DNA of 64,000 nt from assembly GCA_032123335.1 (NCBI GenBank), contig JAQBFN010000050.1:904-64903 (forward strand). The letters run 5' to 3'. Each line of letters begins with the position of its first letter. Positions within the stretch are counted from its first letter, which is position 1. Position numbers and translations under genes: made by a program. The stretch comes from Candidatus Micrarchaeota archaeon (GTDB lineage: Archaea; Micrarchaeota; Micrarchaeia; Anstonellales; Bilamarchaeaceae). The notes below the pieces were generated by a model. The model did not search any database and was not told the DNA's origin. It worked only from the letters and a program-made list of their open reading frames with translations. Shown here piece after piece: positions 26,736-35,571 of this stretch.

Positions 26736-28228
26736 GGATTTACATCCGTAGGTCCAGGCTCCTCGGGCATCTCTTCCTCAAAAGGCTCAGGAAAATATTC
26801 AAAAGGTTCGCACTCCCCTGCAGCACAATCCAAATCCGTAGCCATCACATACTCAGGAGGCTCGCCGGGCCCTGCCCCGTCATAAGGCACAAACGCATCA
26901 AAGAGGAAATCAGTTGCCCAGAATTTCACCCCTTCAACCAATCCCACACCCTCATAAGTTACAAGTTCCCGCTTCAATGCCTCCACAGGCTCAATATCTC
27001 CATAGTAAAGCATATTCACAGTTTGCGCATCCGAGAACATATTCATGCTTGGGTTCGGGTGAAGCCCCTCTCCTCCTTCCACAACCTTCCCGTTTTCCAG
27101 GATTGCATGGTATTCCCCAAGCCCCTGCACATAGAAATTAATCCTCTCGTTCCCCATCAGGCCGGAAAGCATCGGTGCAGATGCAATATTGTAAGCAACA
27201 TCAGTTACCGGCTCTTCCCTCACATCCGGCTTTAGGTGTGTTGAAGCAGGGGGCTCCACAGGAGGAGCAGGAGTTGTATGGTTACAGCTTCCACACCCGC
27301 GCAAATTCGCGGGGTCGGTTTCAGGATACAATGATTCCCACCCGGAAGGTATGCAAAACCAGCACCCAGTATAATAATTGTAAACGCACTGAACAGTTTC
27401 CCCTTCATTTTCAGGTTTGCAATTGCTGCTGCAGTCTGCCTTGCTTGCATACTCCCCTTCAGCAGGGTCACATGCAGGCTTCTCGCACTGGCAGCAATAC
27501 GGGCAGCAGAATCCATTTGCATCACATCCATTCGGGGTTGCAACAGGGTCGCATCCCTCTCCCTTATCCTTATCCACTTTCCCGTTTCCGCAACAGCACC
27601 TGTCCGGGCATTCCTTCCCATCGCATGTATCCCTGATAATCTCATCTATATGTGCCTGGGTCTGGGTTGCCTGCCCTGGAGTAGTATTGCTCATTATCCC
27701 CCCATCTCCATCTTCCAGCCCCATAAGGTGCCCGGCTTCATGCGCAAAATCAAGATAATTCCCGCCTCCCGGGGCAGGCCTGCTCATCTGGTCCGACCAC
27801 CAGCCCGTAAGGTTTCCACCCGTAGATATCCCGGGAGGGTACATGTATCCCATGTATTTTTTCCCTCTCGTATCCTTGGGAGGAGTTGTTGAATAAGGAG
27901 TTACCTTTATGCAATGCCACTCCGTTGAGGTTTCCTTATCGCAGTTCTGCACGGATTTTGTATTCACCACAAATTTCACGGTGCACTTGCATTCCCCCAC
28001 AGTAGGCGGGTCCCCGCCTGCATTGTTCCAGAAATCCTCAATCTCGTTCGCCGCTCTTGCGCGGTACCCTGCATCCGCGCCCGCATCAAAAGCAATATTC
28101 AGCGTAATCGTGAATGTGCACGAATCCGCATCCAAATCGCATTCCGTAGCTTCCTGCCCGTTAGCCCAGGCTAAAGAGCTGAGAAAAAGCAAAAAGAAGA
28201 TCCAGGTGAGCAATAAATTTTTTCTCAT
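26732..28228 (-). CDS. secreted zinc metalloprotease-like protein (HExxHxxGxxD, metzincin-like) with Cys-rich module
   Basis: Signal peptide MRKNLLLTWIFFLLFLSSLAWA. HEAGHLMGLEDGDGG motif. CCCGNGKVDKDKGEGCDP...CCPYCCQCEKPACDP cluster. Acidic C-terminus. Its stop overlaps the convergent 25827-26735 stop. Confidence 0.65.
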   Translation of the reverse strand: MRKNLLLTWIFFLLFLSSLAWANGQEATECDLDADSCTFTITLNIAFDAGADAGYRARAANEIEDFWNNAGGDPPTVGECKCTVKFVVNTKSVQNCDKETSTEWHCIKVTPYSTTPPKDTRGKKYMGYMYPPGISTGGNLTGWWSDQMSRPAPGGGNYLDFAHEAGHLMGLEDGDGGIMSNTTPGQATQTQAHIDEIIRDTCDGKECPDRCCCGNGKVDKDKGEGCDPVATPNGCDANGFCCPYCCQCEKPACDPAEGEYASKADCSSNCKPENEGETVQCVYNYYTGCWFCIPSGWESLYPETDPANLRGCGSCNHTTPAPPVEPPASTHLKPDVREEPVTDVAYNIASAPMLSGLMGNERINFYVQGLGEYHAILENGKVVEGGEGLHPNPSMNMFSDAQTVNMLYYGDIEPVEALKRELVTYEGVGLVEGVKFWATDFLFDAFVPYDGAGPGEPPEYVMATDLDCAAGECEPFEYFPEPFEEEMPEEPGPTDVNP

Positions 28229-28261
28229 GCCCAGATATCTCTAATATCCTTATAATAGTTA

Positions 28262-29596
28262 CTAACTGCCACAAACTTCTCCTGTCGTGTCCCAGAACAC
28301 TATCCCCTCAGTGCAGTATGCAGCAGCATCCCAGGTACAATACCCATCCGTTATATGCCCATAATCAGAGTCCATGCAGTTCGGATAAACCCCGCCGCAA
28401 ACTTCTCCAGTGAGGTCCCAGTAAACAGTTCCCGCATCACAGTAGGCAGCATTATCCAAAGTGCAGTACCCATCCGCAATCTGCCCATAATCTCCGTCAT
28501 AGCAGTCCCCTGTGCTTGAGGATTCAAGGAACTCCCTGTAAAGCGCAGCCTCCTCATCCAGGTTCTTCAATTCACACTCATGGTCCCCAACAGGCATCGG
28601 AGTAATCCCACTCTGGAAAGCCCCATGCACATCAATAATATGCAATTCCGGGTCCTCCATATTCTCAAGCCCAATCAGTATTGCATCCTCAAAGCTGCTT
28701 ATGTCATCCCCGGTTACAGTAGTCTCTATTGGAATCCAGTAACCTTCCGGGTGCCACACAACCACAAATGAATGCCCTGGAATAAATGCAATCCCTGTTT
28801 CATAATCCAGCTTCTCCAGTATGGCAGCATAAAGCACCGCCCCATCTATGCAGTTCATCTGATTATACTTGAGTGACTGGTGCGGGAGCCTTACGTTCTG
28901 CTGGTAAATGGAGGTCTCCACATTTGTAGTGCTCAGGGTGCTTGAAACATAATCCATGTCCTGGAAATAAAGAGAGTAAAATACAGCGGAAAGCTCATCA
29001 TACATAGTATCATCATCACCCATGTACCCAATGAACTCGCCCGTGCTCGTAAACTTCTTCGCTTCTGAAATAACTTCCTCTATGCACGGGTCATTGTACG
29101 TAACCCACATCGCAATAAGGGCCTCATCCCCCAGTTTCGGAGAGAACACAGTAGATTTCTCAACCTGCACATTCTCCGTATCCACACGCAGTGTTTCCCC
29201 TCCTACGCTGAACCTTGTTTTCAGGGTCGCGGAAGTGGCCTCAGGAATCGCATAAAATCCTTCTTTATGGGAAAAGTGAATTCCCACTGTTTTTGTAGTT
29301 CCCGGAGAAAGCACAATGGTCTGCTCAAACTGGTTTGAGTATCCCTCAAGCTCAGAGCTTACCAAAACAGTAACGCTTTCACTCCCCTCATTTGTAACAT
29401 CGCAGGAAAACGAAGGAATATCATTCATTGATTTATAGAATTCATACGAAGGCGTAATTATGTCGAATTTCTCGCAGGAAACCCGGATGTTCGGGCCGGA
29501 ATCCCCCGCTATTTCCCCTCCTCCATCATCTATTGGCCCACAGCATCCCGCGAGCAAAACAAAACCAAAAACAACCAAAACAAATATCCTGTTCAT
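28262..29596 (-). CDS. lipoprotein with transglutaminase-like Cys-His core and duplicated C-terminal Cys module
   Basis: VLLAGCCG lipobox. NCIDGAVLYAAILEKLDYETGIAFIPGHSFVVVW...WIPIETT (C...H...D/E pattern). Two copies of DYGxIxDGYCTxDxAAYCxxGxVxWDxTGEVCG. Confidence 0.6.
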   Translation of the reverse strand: MNRIFVLVVFGFVLLAGCCGPIDDGGGEIAGDSGPNIRVSCEKFDIITPSYEFYKSMNDIPSFSCDVTNEGSESVTVLVSSELEGYSNQFEQTIVLSPGTTKTVGIHFSHKEGFYAIPEATSATLKTRFSVGGETLRVDTENVQVEKSTVFSPKLGDEALIAMWVTYNDPCIEEVISEAKKFTSTGEFIGYMGDDDTMYDELSAVFYSLYFQDMDYVSSTLSTTNVETSIYQQNVRLPHQSLKYNQMNCIDGAVLYAAILEKLDYETGIAFIPGHSFVVVWHPEGYWIPIETTVTGDDISSFEDAILIGLENMEDPELHIIDVHGAFQSGITPMPVGDHECELKNLDEEAALYREFLESSSTGDCYDGDYGQIADGYCTLDNAAYCDAGTVYWDLTGEVCGGVYPNCMDSDYGHITDGYCTWDAAAYCTEGIVFWDTTGEVCGS

Positions 29597-29640
29597 GCGC
29601 CGATTTCAGCATGGATTATTTTAAGGCTTTTGATTTTCCA

Positions 29641-29976
29641 TTAGCCCATTGGGTACCTGGGTCTCCCGCATTCATTATACCAGCCGCTCGCATCCTGGGT
29701 TATCCCCACAGGACGATGCCCTTTTCTCATCCCTTCAAGCCTTCCATTAAGCTCATCCAGGCCTTTCTTTACATCCGTTCTCTCTTCGTGCAGCCTATTT
29801 GCCAGCATAAGGTTCAGGAGCATTCCCATCTTTGTTCTTGGATTATTCATCCTTTCCAAAACCCTTTCCTTGAGCTCATGGTATTTTGCAAACGCCTTTT
29901 CAGCCCGTTCCTTCATCTCTGGTTTCTGCATATTCCTGCTTTTCACTCCAAAAATCCGCAATCCACCCATTATCAT
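29641..29976 (-). CDS. hypothetical helical protein (111 aa)
   Basis: Charged helical ORF with no recognised domain. Preferred over the overlapping N-terminal extension of track ORF 29533-30867. Confidence 0.4.
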   Translation of the reverse strand: MIMGGLRIFGVKSRNMQKPEMKERAEKAFAKYHELKERVLERMNNPRTKMGMLLNLMLANRLHEERTDVKKGLDELNGRLEGMRKGHRPVGITQDASGWYNECGRPRYPMG

Positions 29977-30030
29977 AGTTATATTATATGTAAGAACGGT
30001 TTAAATTCCTTTTTCAACACAATAAACTGC

Positions 30031-30867
30031 ATGGAATCCAGGCAAATTCGCCGCCAAGGAGAGCGTTCCCGGCCAAGCGAAAGGATGGGATATGGCTTCC
30101 GCAGCCCGCTCATAAGCAGGGACACTCGCCGCCTCACAGTAGAGAATGCAGCAAAGGAACTAGGCGTGGATGTTGAAATGCTCAAGAAGATTTTTTCCGC
30201 AAGGCAGGAAACCGGAAACTTCGAGCGGTATGGAAAGCGCGGAATCTCAATCCTCCTCAAATTTGATTTCGGCAAAAAGGAGGTAGTGATGGAGGGGGGT
30301 TTGAGCACAATTTCCCGCTTGGCGCTCCCGGATGTTGAAACGCTCAAAAAATACCTTGAGCTAAGGGAACAGGTAAGGGGGAGGAAGCTGATTGCGGTTT
30401 CCAAATCCTTCCACACCAGGAACCCGGAACCCGTAGCCCGCATGCGCAAATTCATAGGCTCCCGTCTTCTCCTCCCTCCCGAAGTAGAGGTTCCGAAGGT
30501 GTGTTTCTCCGAAAAAGAGCCCAGGCTGAGGGCTACGGTGCGGAAGCTCAATAAAATAATCTACTGCGAGCCCAGGCACGGAGAAGGGCTTGTATTTGCA
30601 TCAACCCTGCTTGAGGGGTCGGACTACATGCGCAGCAGGCTCCTTGCCAAAACAAAGCGAGAGCTTGTTTCATTTTCCTCTCATGAAGAAATTCCCTTTG
30701 AATTCGGCATGAAGCTCTTGATTATGGATGCACTGTATGCGGACAGGATACCCGAGCTTTTCCTTGCTTTGAGGCCATTTTCCTTTGATCCCCTCATAAT
30801 GAATTTCCTGAACTCCGGCCGGGGCCAATACCTCGAATTCATCCCTCCCCCGCCCGCAACATATTAA
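30031..30867 (+). CDS. hypothetical protein with possible N-terminal HTH (278 aa)
   Basis: In-frame ATG at 30031 after the divergent gene. LTVENAAKELGVDVEMLKKIF looks HTH-like. No other motif. Confidence 0.45.
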   Translation: MESRQIRRQGERSRPSERMGYGFRSPLISRDTRRLTVENAAKELGVDVEMLKKIFSARQETGNFERYGKRGISILLKFDFGKKEVVMEGGLSTISRLALPDVETLKKYLELREQVRGRKLIAVSKSFHTRNPEPVARMRKFIGSRLLLPPEVEVPKVCFSEKEPRLRATVRKLNKIIYCEPRHGEGLVFASTLLEGSDYMRSRLLAKTKRELVSFSSHEEIPFEFGMKLLIMDALYADRIPELFLALRPFSFDPLIMNFLNSGRGQYLEFIPPPPATY

Positions 30868-30890
30868 AGTTCTCACTCTGAGCCTTACCC

Positions 30891-32312
30891 ATGAAACGAA
30901 TCCAGATATTCTTTTTTCTGCTTTTAGGCTCAACCCTGTTTGCAGCACTTCCTTCGGGCCCGAGTATGCCCTGCCCTTTTTCTGCATTCGCAACCAATTA
31001 CGATGACTGCGCTTCAAGCTGCTTTGGCTATTATACAGAATGTGATATAGGAGCCTGCATAAGCCACTGCGAGGAACTCTTCCTCACCGGAGAGGGGGAA
31101 GGTGATGGCTCCACAGATAAATGCGCAAATGTGCAGTGCTATGATCCCTACTGCGATGGAAACGAGCTTGTAACCTGCGACTGCGATGAAACCACAGGAG
31201 GATGTGTATGCACTGCATTCTGGTGCGCGCAGGGATGTGACCCTGCAACCCTTCAGTGCGAAGATATCCCCACGGATTTGTGCGCCAATGTGCAGTGCTA
31301 TGATCCCTACTGCGATGGAAACCAGCTTGTAACCTGCGATTGCGATGAAACCACAGGGCAGTGCGTATGCTCTGCATTCTGGTGCGCGCAGGGATGCGAC
31401 CCTGCAACAGCCCAGTGCATTGAAAAGGAAATCAACACCGTTCCCGCAATAATTGAAATACTGGATTACCCAGGATATGTAATTTTGCAGGATAGAGGGG
31501 AATTGAACAAACTCGACTTGGGTGTGAAGGCCACCTACCTTAATGGAACACCTGCAACCGGAGCAAGGGTGCACGTGCGCTTCACTGACCCCAAACACAC
31601 TGGCGTACTTGGTCCCTGGGGTTTTAGAGACACAGTATTCTTCATTGAGTCAGATGGATATTATTATGGTGATCTGGAGTTCCCAACCCTGCGCAACATA
31701 AAGGAGTATCATTGGGATGAGTTTCCCTATTATGTCCAAATAGACGTAACCGTTTCCATGCACGACAACTCAAATGATTGGTCCGCAACAAAATCTTCGC
31801 AAATTGAGCTCCGCTCCCCCGCTCCCCGCATCCTTCAAATCTCAATAAACCCTACTCCTGCACAAGCCGCAGAAAAGCACCAGGTGCGCGTAGTTGTAGA
31901 TGACCCTGACAGCACGGAACTCACCTACGTCTTCACAAATTTTGGGGGAAAGTGGACCACACCACACACCGGTGCGATTAAAGGCTCCACAGACCGGGTT
32001 TCTGCATTCACCTCTTCCAACCAAAATGAAGTGCTTGAATGGGAGGCACCCCCCCGCGGCTTCACCCATAATAATAACGAGCTTACCTATGCGGTAAATC
32101 TGGCCAATATAATCATAGATACCTTTACAGTAGGGCCCACAGAGGCAATGCACAATGCGGATGCAGCGCTTGAAAAAATACCCGAAGGGGAAGCCATGTC
32201 CGATAAGATGTCTGTAGTGATTGTAGTGATGGATTCTGATGGATTCTACGATAAGGAATACTACAGTTTCCCAATGGAATATCTTGGCCTTAAGCCTGAA
32301 GGAGGCGGATAG
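30891..32312 (+). CDS. secreted Cys-rich protein with tandem 53-aa module
   Basis: Signal peptide MKRIQIFFFLLLGSTLFA. Two copies of CANVQCYDPYCDGNxLVTCDCDETTGxCVCxAFWCAQGCDPAT. Beta-rich C-terminal region. Confidence 0.65.
   Translation: MKRIQIFFFLLLGSTLFAALPSGPSMPCPFSAFATNYDDCASSCFGYYTECDIGACISHCEELFLTGEGEGDGSTDKCANVQCYDPYCDGNELVTCDCDETTGGCVCTAFWCAQGCDPATLQCEDIPTDLCANVQCYDPYCDGNQLVTCDCDETTGQCVCSAFWCAQGCDPATAQCIEKEINTVPAIIEILDYPGYVILQDRGELNKLDLGVKATYLNGTPATGARVHVRFTDPKHTGVLGPWGFRDTVFFIESDGYYYGDLEFPTLRNIKEYHWDEFPYYVQIDVTVSMHDNSNDWSATKSSQIELRSPAPRILQISINPTPAQAAEKHQVRVVVDDPDSTELTYVFTNFGGKWTTPHTGAIKGSTDRVSAFTSSNQNEVLEWEAPPRGFTHNNNELTYAVNLANIIIDTFTVGPTEAMHNADAALEKIPEGEAMSDKMSVVIVVMDSDGFYDKEYYSFPMEYLGLKPEGGG
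31122..31418 (+). repeat. 159-bp tandem duplication (2 copies) inside a CDS
   Basis: Copy 1 starts at 31122 and copy 2 at 31281. The copies are near-identical at nucleotide level over ~138 nt, with only a handful of substitutions by eye. Confidence 0.85.
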
Positions 32313-32313
32313 C

Positions 32314-33078
32314 ATGAAAAAACTACTATTGATTTTCCTGGCACTTGGAATGCTTTTTGCAAATACTCCTCAGCAAGCACTGGACTCCTATTACACTGCA
32401 TACATGCTGGAGGATATAGATGCATTCATGGGCACAATAGATACTTCTGATACAACTTCCGAGCAGGTTTCCAGCACGCGCGAACGCACTACACTTCTCT
32501 GGCAGCAATACGATACGGATTCTTACGCCATCTCGGAATTAGATTGCCTTGAGGATGGAGAGGATGCGCTTTGCGAATACCAGCTTCATGCGGAAATAAG
32601 CGGTGCAGAAACATTTTCCTCTGATATGGATTATGTTGCGCTCCTCCACAAGGTAAGCGGGGAATGGAAGGTTTCCTTTGCAATACCCCTGGATGAATAC
32701 ATTGAAGCCAAGGAAGAGCAGGAAAATCTTGCAAGGCTGGATGAGGAGAATGAACTCTATTCCAAGGAGCCAATAGATGGGCCGGGCCAGGTTACTTTTA
32801 ATGGCGTACCCATGTCAGACCTGAGTAGTGAATTGGACGATATGCTCTATTCCTGCACTTCCAATGAGTACTGCCAGCAGTACGGATATGGGGATTTCTG
32901 CGGCGCTGATGGAAGGTGTTCTGGCTCTGCAGATGACGGTTGGGAGGATGTTGATTGGACTGAGGATGATGGCTGGGAGGATGTTGAGTGGGATGACTCT
33001 GAACCAGAGCAGGAACCCTGCCCGTTGTCCTTTGGGCTTCTTCTGATTCCATTTGTTCTTTTCTTAAAGAAGAAATAG
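32314..33078 (+). CDS. secreted protein with Cys-containing C-terminal anchor
   Basis: ATG after GGAGGCGG. Signal peptide MKKLLLIFLALGMLFA. Acidic W/D/E-rich stalk (DDGWEDVDWTEDDGWEDVEWDD), then EPCPLSFGLLLIPFVLFLKKK. Confidence 0.6.
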   Translation: MKKLLLIFLALGMLFANTPQQALDSYYTAYMLEDIDAFMGTIDTSDTTSEQVSSTRERTTLLWQQYDTDSYAISELDCLEDGEDALCEYQLHAEISGAETFSSDMDYVALLHKVSGEWKVSFAIPLDEYIEAKEEQENLARLDEENELYSKEPIDGPGQVTFNGVPMSDLSSELDDMLYSCTSNEYCQQYGYGDFCGADGRCSGSADDGWEDVDWTEDDGWEDVEWDDSEPEQEPCPLSFGLLLIPFVLFLKKK

Positions 33079-33088
33079 TTGGAAGGGT

Positions 33089-33541
33089 CTACCCCTTCCT
33101 TATTGCAAATCCAGTTAGTGCGAGCAATGCAAATCCCGTTATGCACCAAGTATTAACCCCTCCGCCCAGCGGAGTGCATTCACATTCCGAGTTAATGAAT
33201 TCATCTTCTGCACAGGTTTTTCCTCCGCATTCCGCCACCATCACATCAATGCACTCATTGCCCTCGCAAACCTCTGTCATTCCCGGGCACTCAAGATCAG
33301 TGCAGCACTCATATGGACATTCGGGTTCTACATAGCAATACCCATTTATGCAGATTCCAGATAGGCAATCAGAATTATTTTCGCACTCAGGTGGTGCAGG
33401 CGGAGCTAAATCATCTTCATACAATATTGGTTCAGGGAACTCCTCATCGTACAATGTTGGTTCCGGAATCTCGTCAGTTAACCCTGTTCCCGCAAAAATC
33501 ATTCCACACAAAAGCAGAATCATAACCAGCATTTTCTTCAT
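33089..33541 (-). CDS. secreted Cys-rich protein with Cys-containing C-terminal anchor
   Basis: Signal peptide MKKMLVMILLLCGMIFAG. About 16 Cys in CxxxC-type spacing. Ends NTWCITGFALLALTGFAIRKG. Confidence 0.6.
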   Translation of the reverse strand: MKKMLVMILLLCGMIFAGTGLTDEIPEPTLYDEEFPEPILYEDDLAPPAPPECENNSDCLSGICINGYCYVEPECPYECCTDLECPGMTEVCEGNECIDVMVAECGGKTCAEDEFINSECECTPLGGGVNTWCITGFALLALTGFAIRKG

Positions 33542-33658
33542 AATCTCATCCCTGTGCTTTCCCTAAACGCCCAAATTTTTAAACGCTCCCACATCCAAAA
33601 TCATAGAAATCAACTAATTAAGAACCTTTTAATACCTTTATTAACACAATTACTTCCT

Positions 33659-34426
33659 ATGTCAAAATCATTTTCCCAAATGAAGAGAAATACTGCTAAC
33701 CCAGTTGCCAGCCCCCTAAAAAGACGCCCAGGCAGACCAAGGAAATGGGGAAAATCCAAGAACGTTCTGTTAGATATGGATTCGTTTAGAGGCGATCCCC
33801 TGAGCGAAAGGGATATGCGGATTATGCTGATTGCAGCTACTATTGAGAGGCGCGAGCTCGAAAAGGAAACCAACAATCGGGGTAGCGCCTCAGTTTCCCC
33901 AACGCTTGAAGAAAAGGACTGGCCCGAGTGCACGGAAAAGCAGCGTGAAATAATTGCAAAAGGCCTTTTTCGGGCCATTCAGGAAACAGATGTGAAAAAA
34001 CTTTCCTCATTCCTTAAACGGGGCGTTCCGGTAGATATGCGGAACGAGTTCGGGGACACGATTCTCATGCAAGCTGCAGGGACCGGAAACATTCCTCTGC
34101 TGGAAGAGATTCTTAAGCACAATCCGGATATTGAAGCCCGGTCCAGGGGCAGAGGGGACACCGCAGTAATGTGCGCTGCAGAATCCGGGAAAACAAAAGC
34201 AGTCCTCTTCCTGCATAATGCGGGCGCAAAACTAGATGCAAGAAACAATGGAAAAAAGACCTCGCTTATGCTTGCAGCATGGGAAGGCCACCTGGATACG
34301 GTTGCCCAGCTCCGGAAGCTTGGCGCAAACCCAAGATTGAAGGATTCTTCCAATCGCACCGCATTGGATTATGCAAAACTTGAAGGGCACAGGGAAGTGA
34401 GTAAGCTTCTTTCTTCCCGCAAGTAA
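33659..34426 (+). CDS. AT-hook plus ankyrin-repeat protein
   Basis: KRRPGRPRKWGKSK (GRP core flanked by basic residues). Three to four ANK repeats (GDTILMQAAGTGNIPLLEEILKHNPDI, GDTAVMCAAESGKTKAVLFLHNAGAKL, KKTSLMLAAWEGHLDTVAQLRKLGANP, RTALDYAKLEGH). Confidence 0.75.
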   Translation: MSKSFSQMKRNTANPVASPLKRRPGRPRKWGKSKNVLLDMDSFRGDPLSERDMRIMLIAATIERRELEKETNNRGSASVSPTLEEKDWPECTEKQREIIAKGLFRAIQETDVKKLSSFLKRGVPVDMRNEFGDTILMQAAGTGNIPLLEEILKHNPDIEARSRGRGDTAVMCAAESGKTKAVLFLHNAGAKLDARNNGKKTSLMLAAWEGHLDTVAQLRKLGANPRLKDSSNRTALDYAKLEGHREVSKLLSSRK

Positions 34427-34467
34427 TCCCTTTTAATATTTTCATAAATCTATTTGCGCTGATTACC

Positions 34468-35349
34468 ATGTTCATAACAATTCTCTCTGATGGCCCGGAA
34501 GCAAGAAAGCAGTTCTGCAAGCTCATTGGAAAAGAAACAGGAAGCGGTGACATCACTTTTTATTCCTCCAATTTCCAGGGAGTAATCCGCACCCTCTTAG
34601 AGCCCACGCTTTACCCGGATAAACTGCAGCCCCTCTTATACTCCCTCTCACTTGCAGATTATGTAGTTCTTCTTGTTGACCAGCTCACCCCCCACACAGG
34701 AGAGATAATTGTTGCGCTTGATTCGCTCAAAAAGGAAAAAGGGTGCATCATCTCCCAGGCCGAGCTACCCCTCAAAGGAACAATTCTCGAAAACTACGAG
34801 CGTCTCTCCCAGGAAGAAGCAAAGGAAAAAATCCTTTCCCTCCAGAACCCTGAAGGAGATGAAGAGCTCCTTTCCTTAGTGGACAGCTATTTCCAGGTAA
34901 AAAGTGTGGGGAATGTAATCCTTGGCGCAGTCAAGTGCGGCTCCATAAAAAAGCGCGACAAGCTCCTCCACCTTCCCTCCAAAACAGAAATAGAAATCAA
35001 GTCCATCCAGCTTAACGATAAGGATGTGGATGAAGTTTCCGCAGGGGGAAGGTTCGGAATCTGCTACAAGGGCGAGCCCATAGACCGCGGAATCCTTGCT
35101 TCCACTTCCAACTCATTCACAATAAGCGAAAAGGTTCCCGGAACATTTACAAAATCCCCCTTCTACAAAGCAGAGATTCCAAAGAAAATTCACGCATACT
35201 CCAACCTCCAGTTCCTGGAAGGCGCGGTTTCCGATTCTGAGCTCACTCTTGAAAATCCCATTGCGCACAAACCCGGGGAAAGAATTCTGATTACTGACCC
35301 GGGAAGCCCAAAATTAAGAATCTGCGGAGTTTTTGAAGTAAAAAAGTAG
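34468..35349 (+). CDS. EF-Tu/SelB-like protein with degenerate (P-loop-less) G domain
   Basis: Domain-II pattern FQVKSVGNVILGAVKCGSIKKRDKL...IEIKSIQLNDKDVDEVSAGGRFGICYKG...DRGIL plus a domain-III-like tail. The N-terminus lacks GxxxxGK[ST], NKxD and DxxG. Confidence 0.6.
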   Translation: MFITILSDGPEARKQFCKLIGKETGSGDITFYSSNFQGVIRTLLEPTLYPDKLQPLLYSLSLADYVVLLVDQLTPHTGEIIVALDSLKKEKGCIISQAELPLKGTILENYERLSQEEAKEKILSLQNPEGDEELLSLVDSYFQVKSVGNVILGAVKCGSIKKRDKLLHLPSKTEIEIKSIQLNDKDVDEVSAGGRFGICYKGEPIDRGILASTSNSFTISEKVPGTFTKSPFYKAEIPKKIHAYSNLQFLEGAVSDSELTLENPIAHKPGERILITDPGSPKLRICGVFEVKK

Positions 35350-35359
35350 CTCATCCACA

Positions 35360-35393
35360 CTTCCAGAGCTGTCTTCCGCACGCGCTCTGGAAG
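35360..35393 (+). terminator. 10-bp perfect stem-loop after the EF-like gene
   Basis: CTTCCAGAGC (35360-35369) pairs with GCTCTGGAAG (35384-35393), with a 14-nt loop. Confidence 0.4.
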
Positions 35394-35571
35394 CATGGCC
35401 CCCCAAAGTGAAAGGAGCATAAGCTTATTCCAAATCCTTTTCCCAGGACCATTCCATCCGAATCACCTGTTATTAGTACGGATTTTTGCATTTATAAAGA
35501 AAAAGAAGCAGTAGGTTTCCACTGTTTCCGGTGACCATAGCTGTTTTAAACGTTCTTGGGAAAATAATCCC

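Noticed and set aside
29533-30030. N-terminal 166-aa extension of track ORF 29533-30867
   Set aside because: It overlaps the start of the 28262-29596 lipoprotein gene and the whole 29641-29976 gene on the other strand, and its composition is odd. The in-frame ATG at 30031 gives a clean divergent arrangement.
31014-31598. 194-aa and 107-aa minus-strand ORFs within the Cys-rich repeat gene
   Set aside because: They are mirror frames of the duplicated module. The plus strand carries the signal peptide and a regular Cys pattern.
35528-35541. CCGGTGACCATAGC, reminiscent of the 5' end of 5S rRNA (GGCGGCCAUAGCG)
   Set aside because: The downstream sequence lacks the CCGAAC and GUACUG/GGGA conserved blocks. 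There is no 3' strand to close helix I. The region runs into an AT-rich leader and a small ORF.
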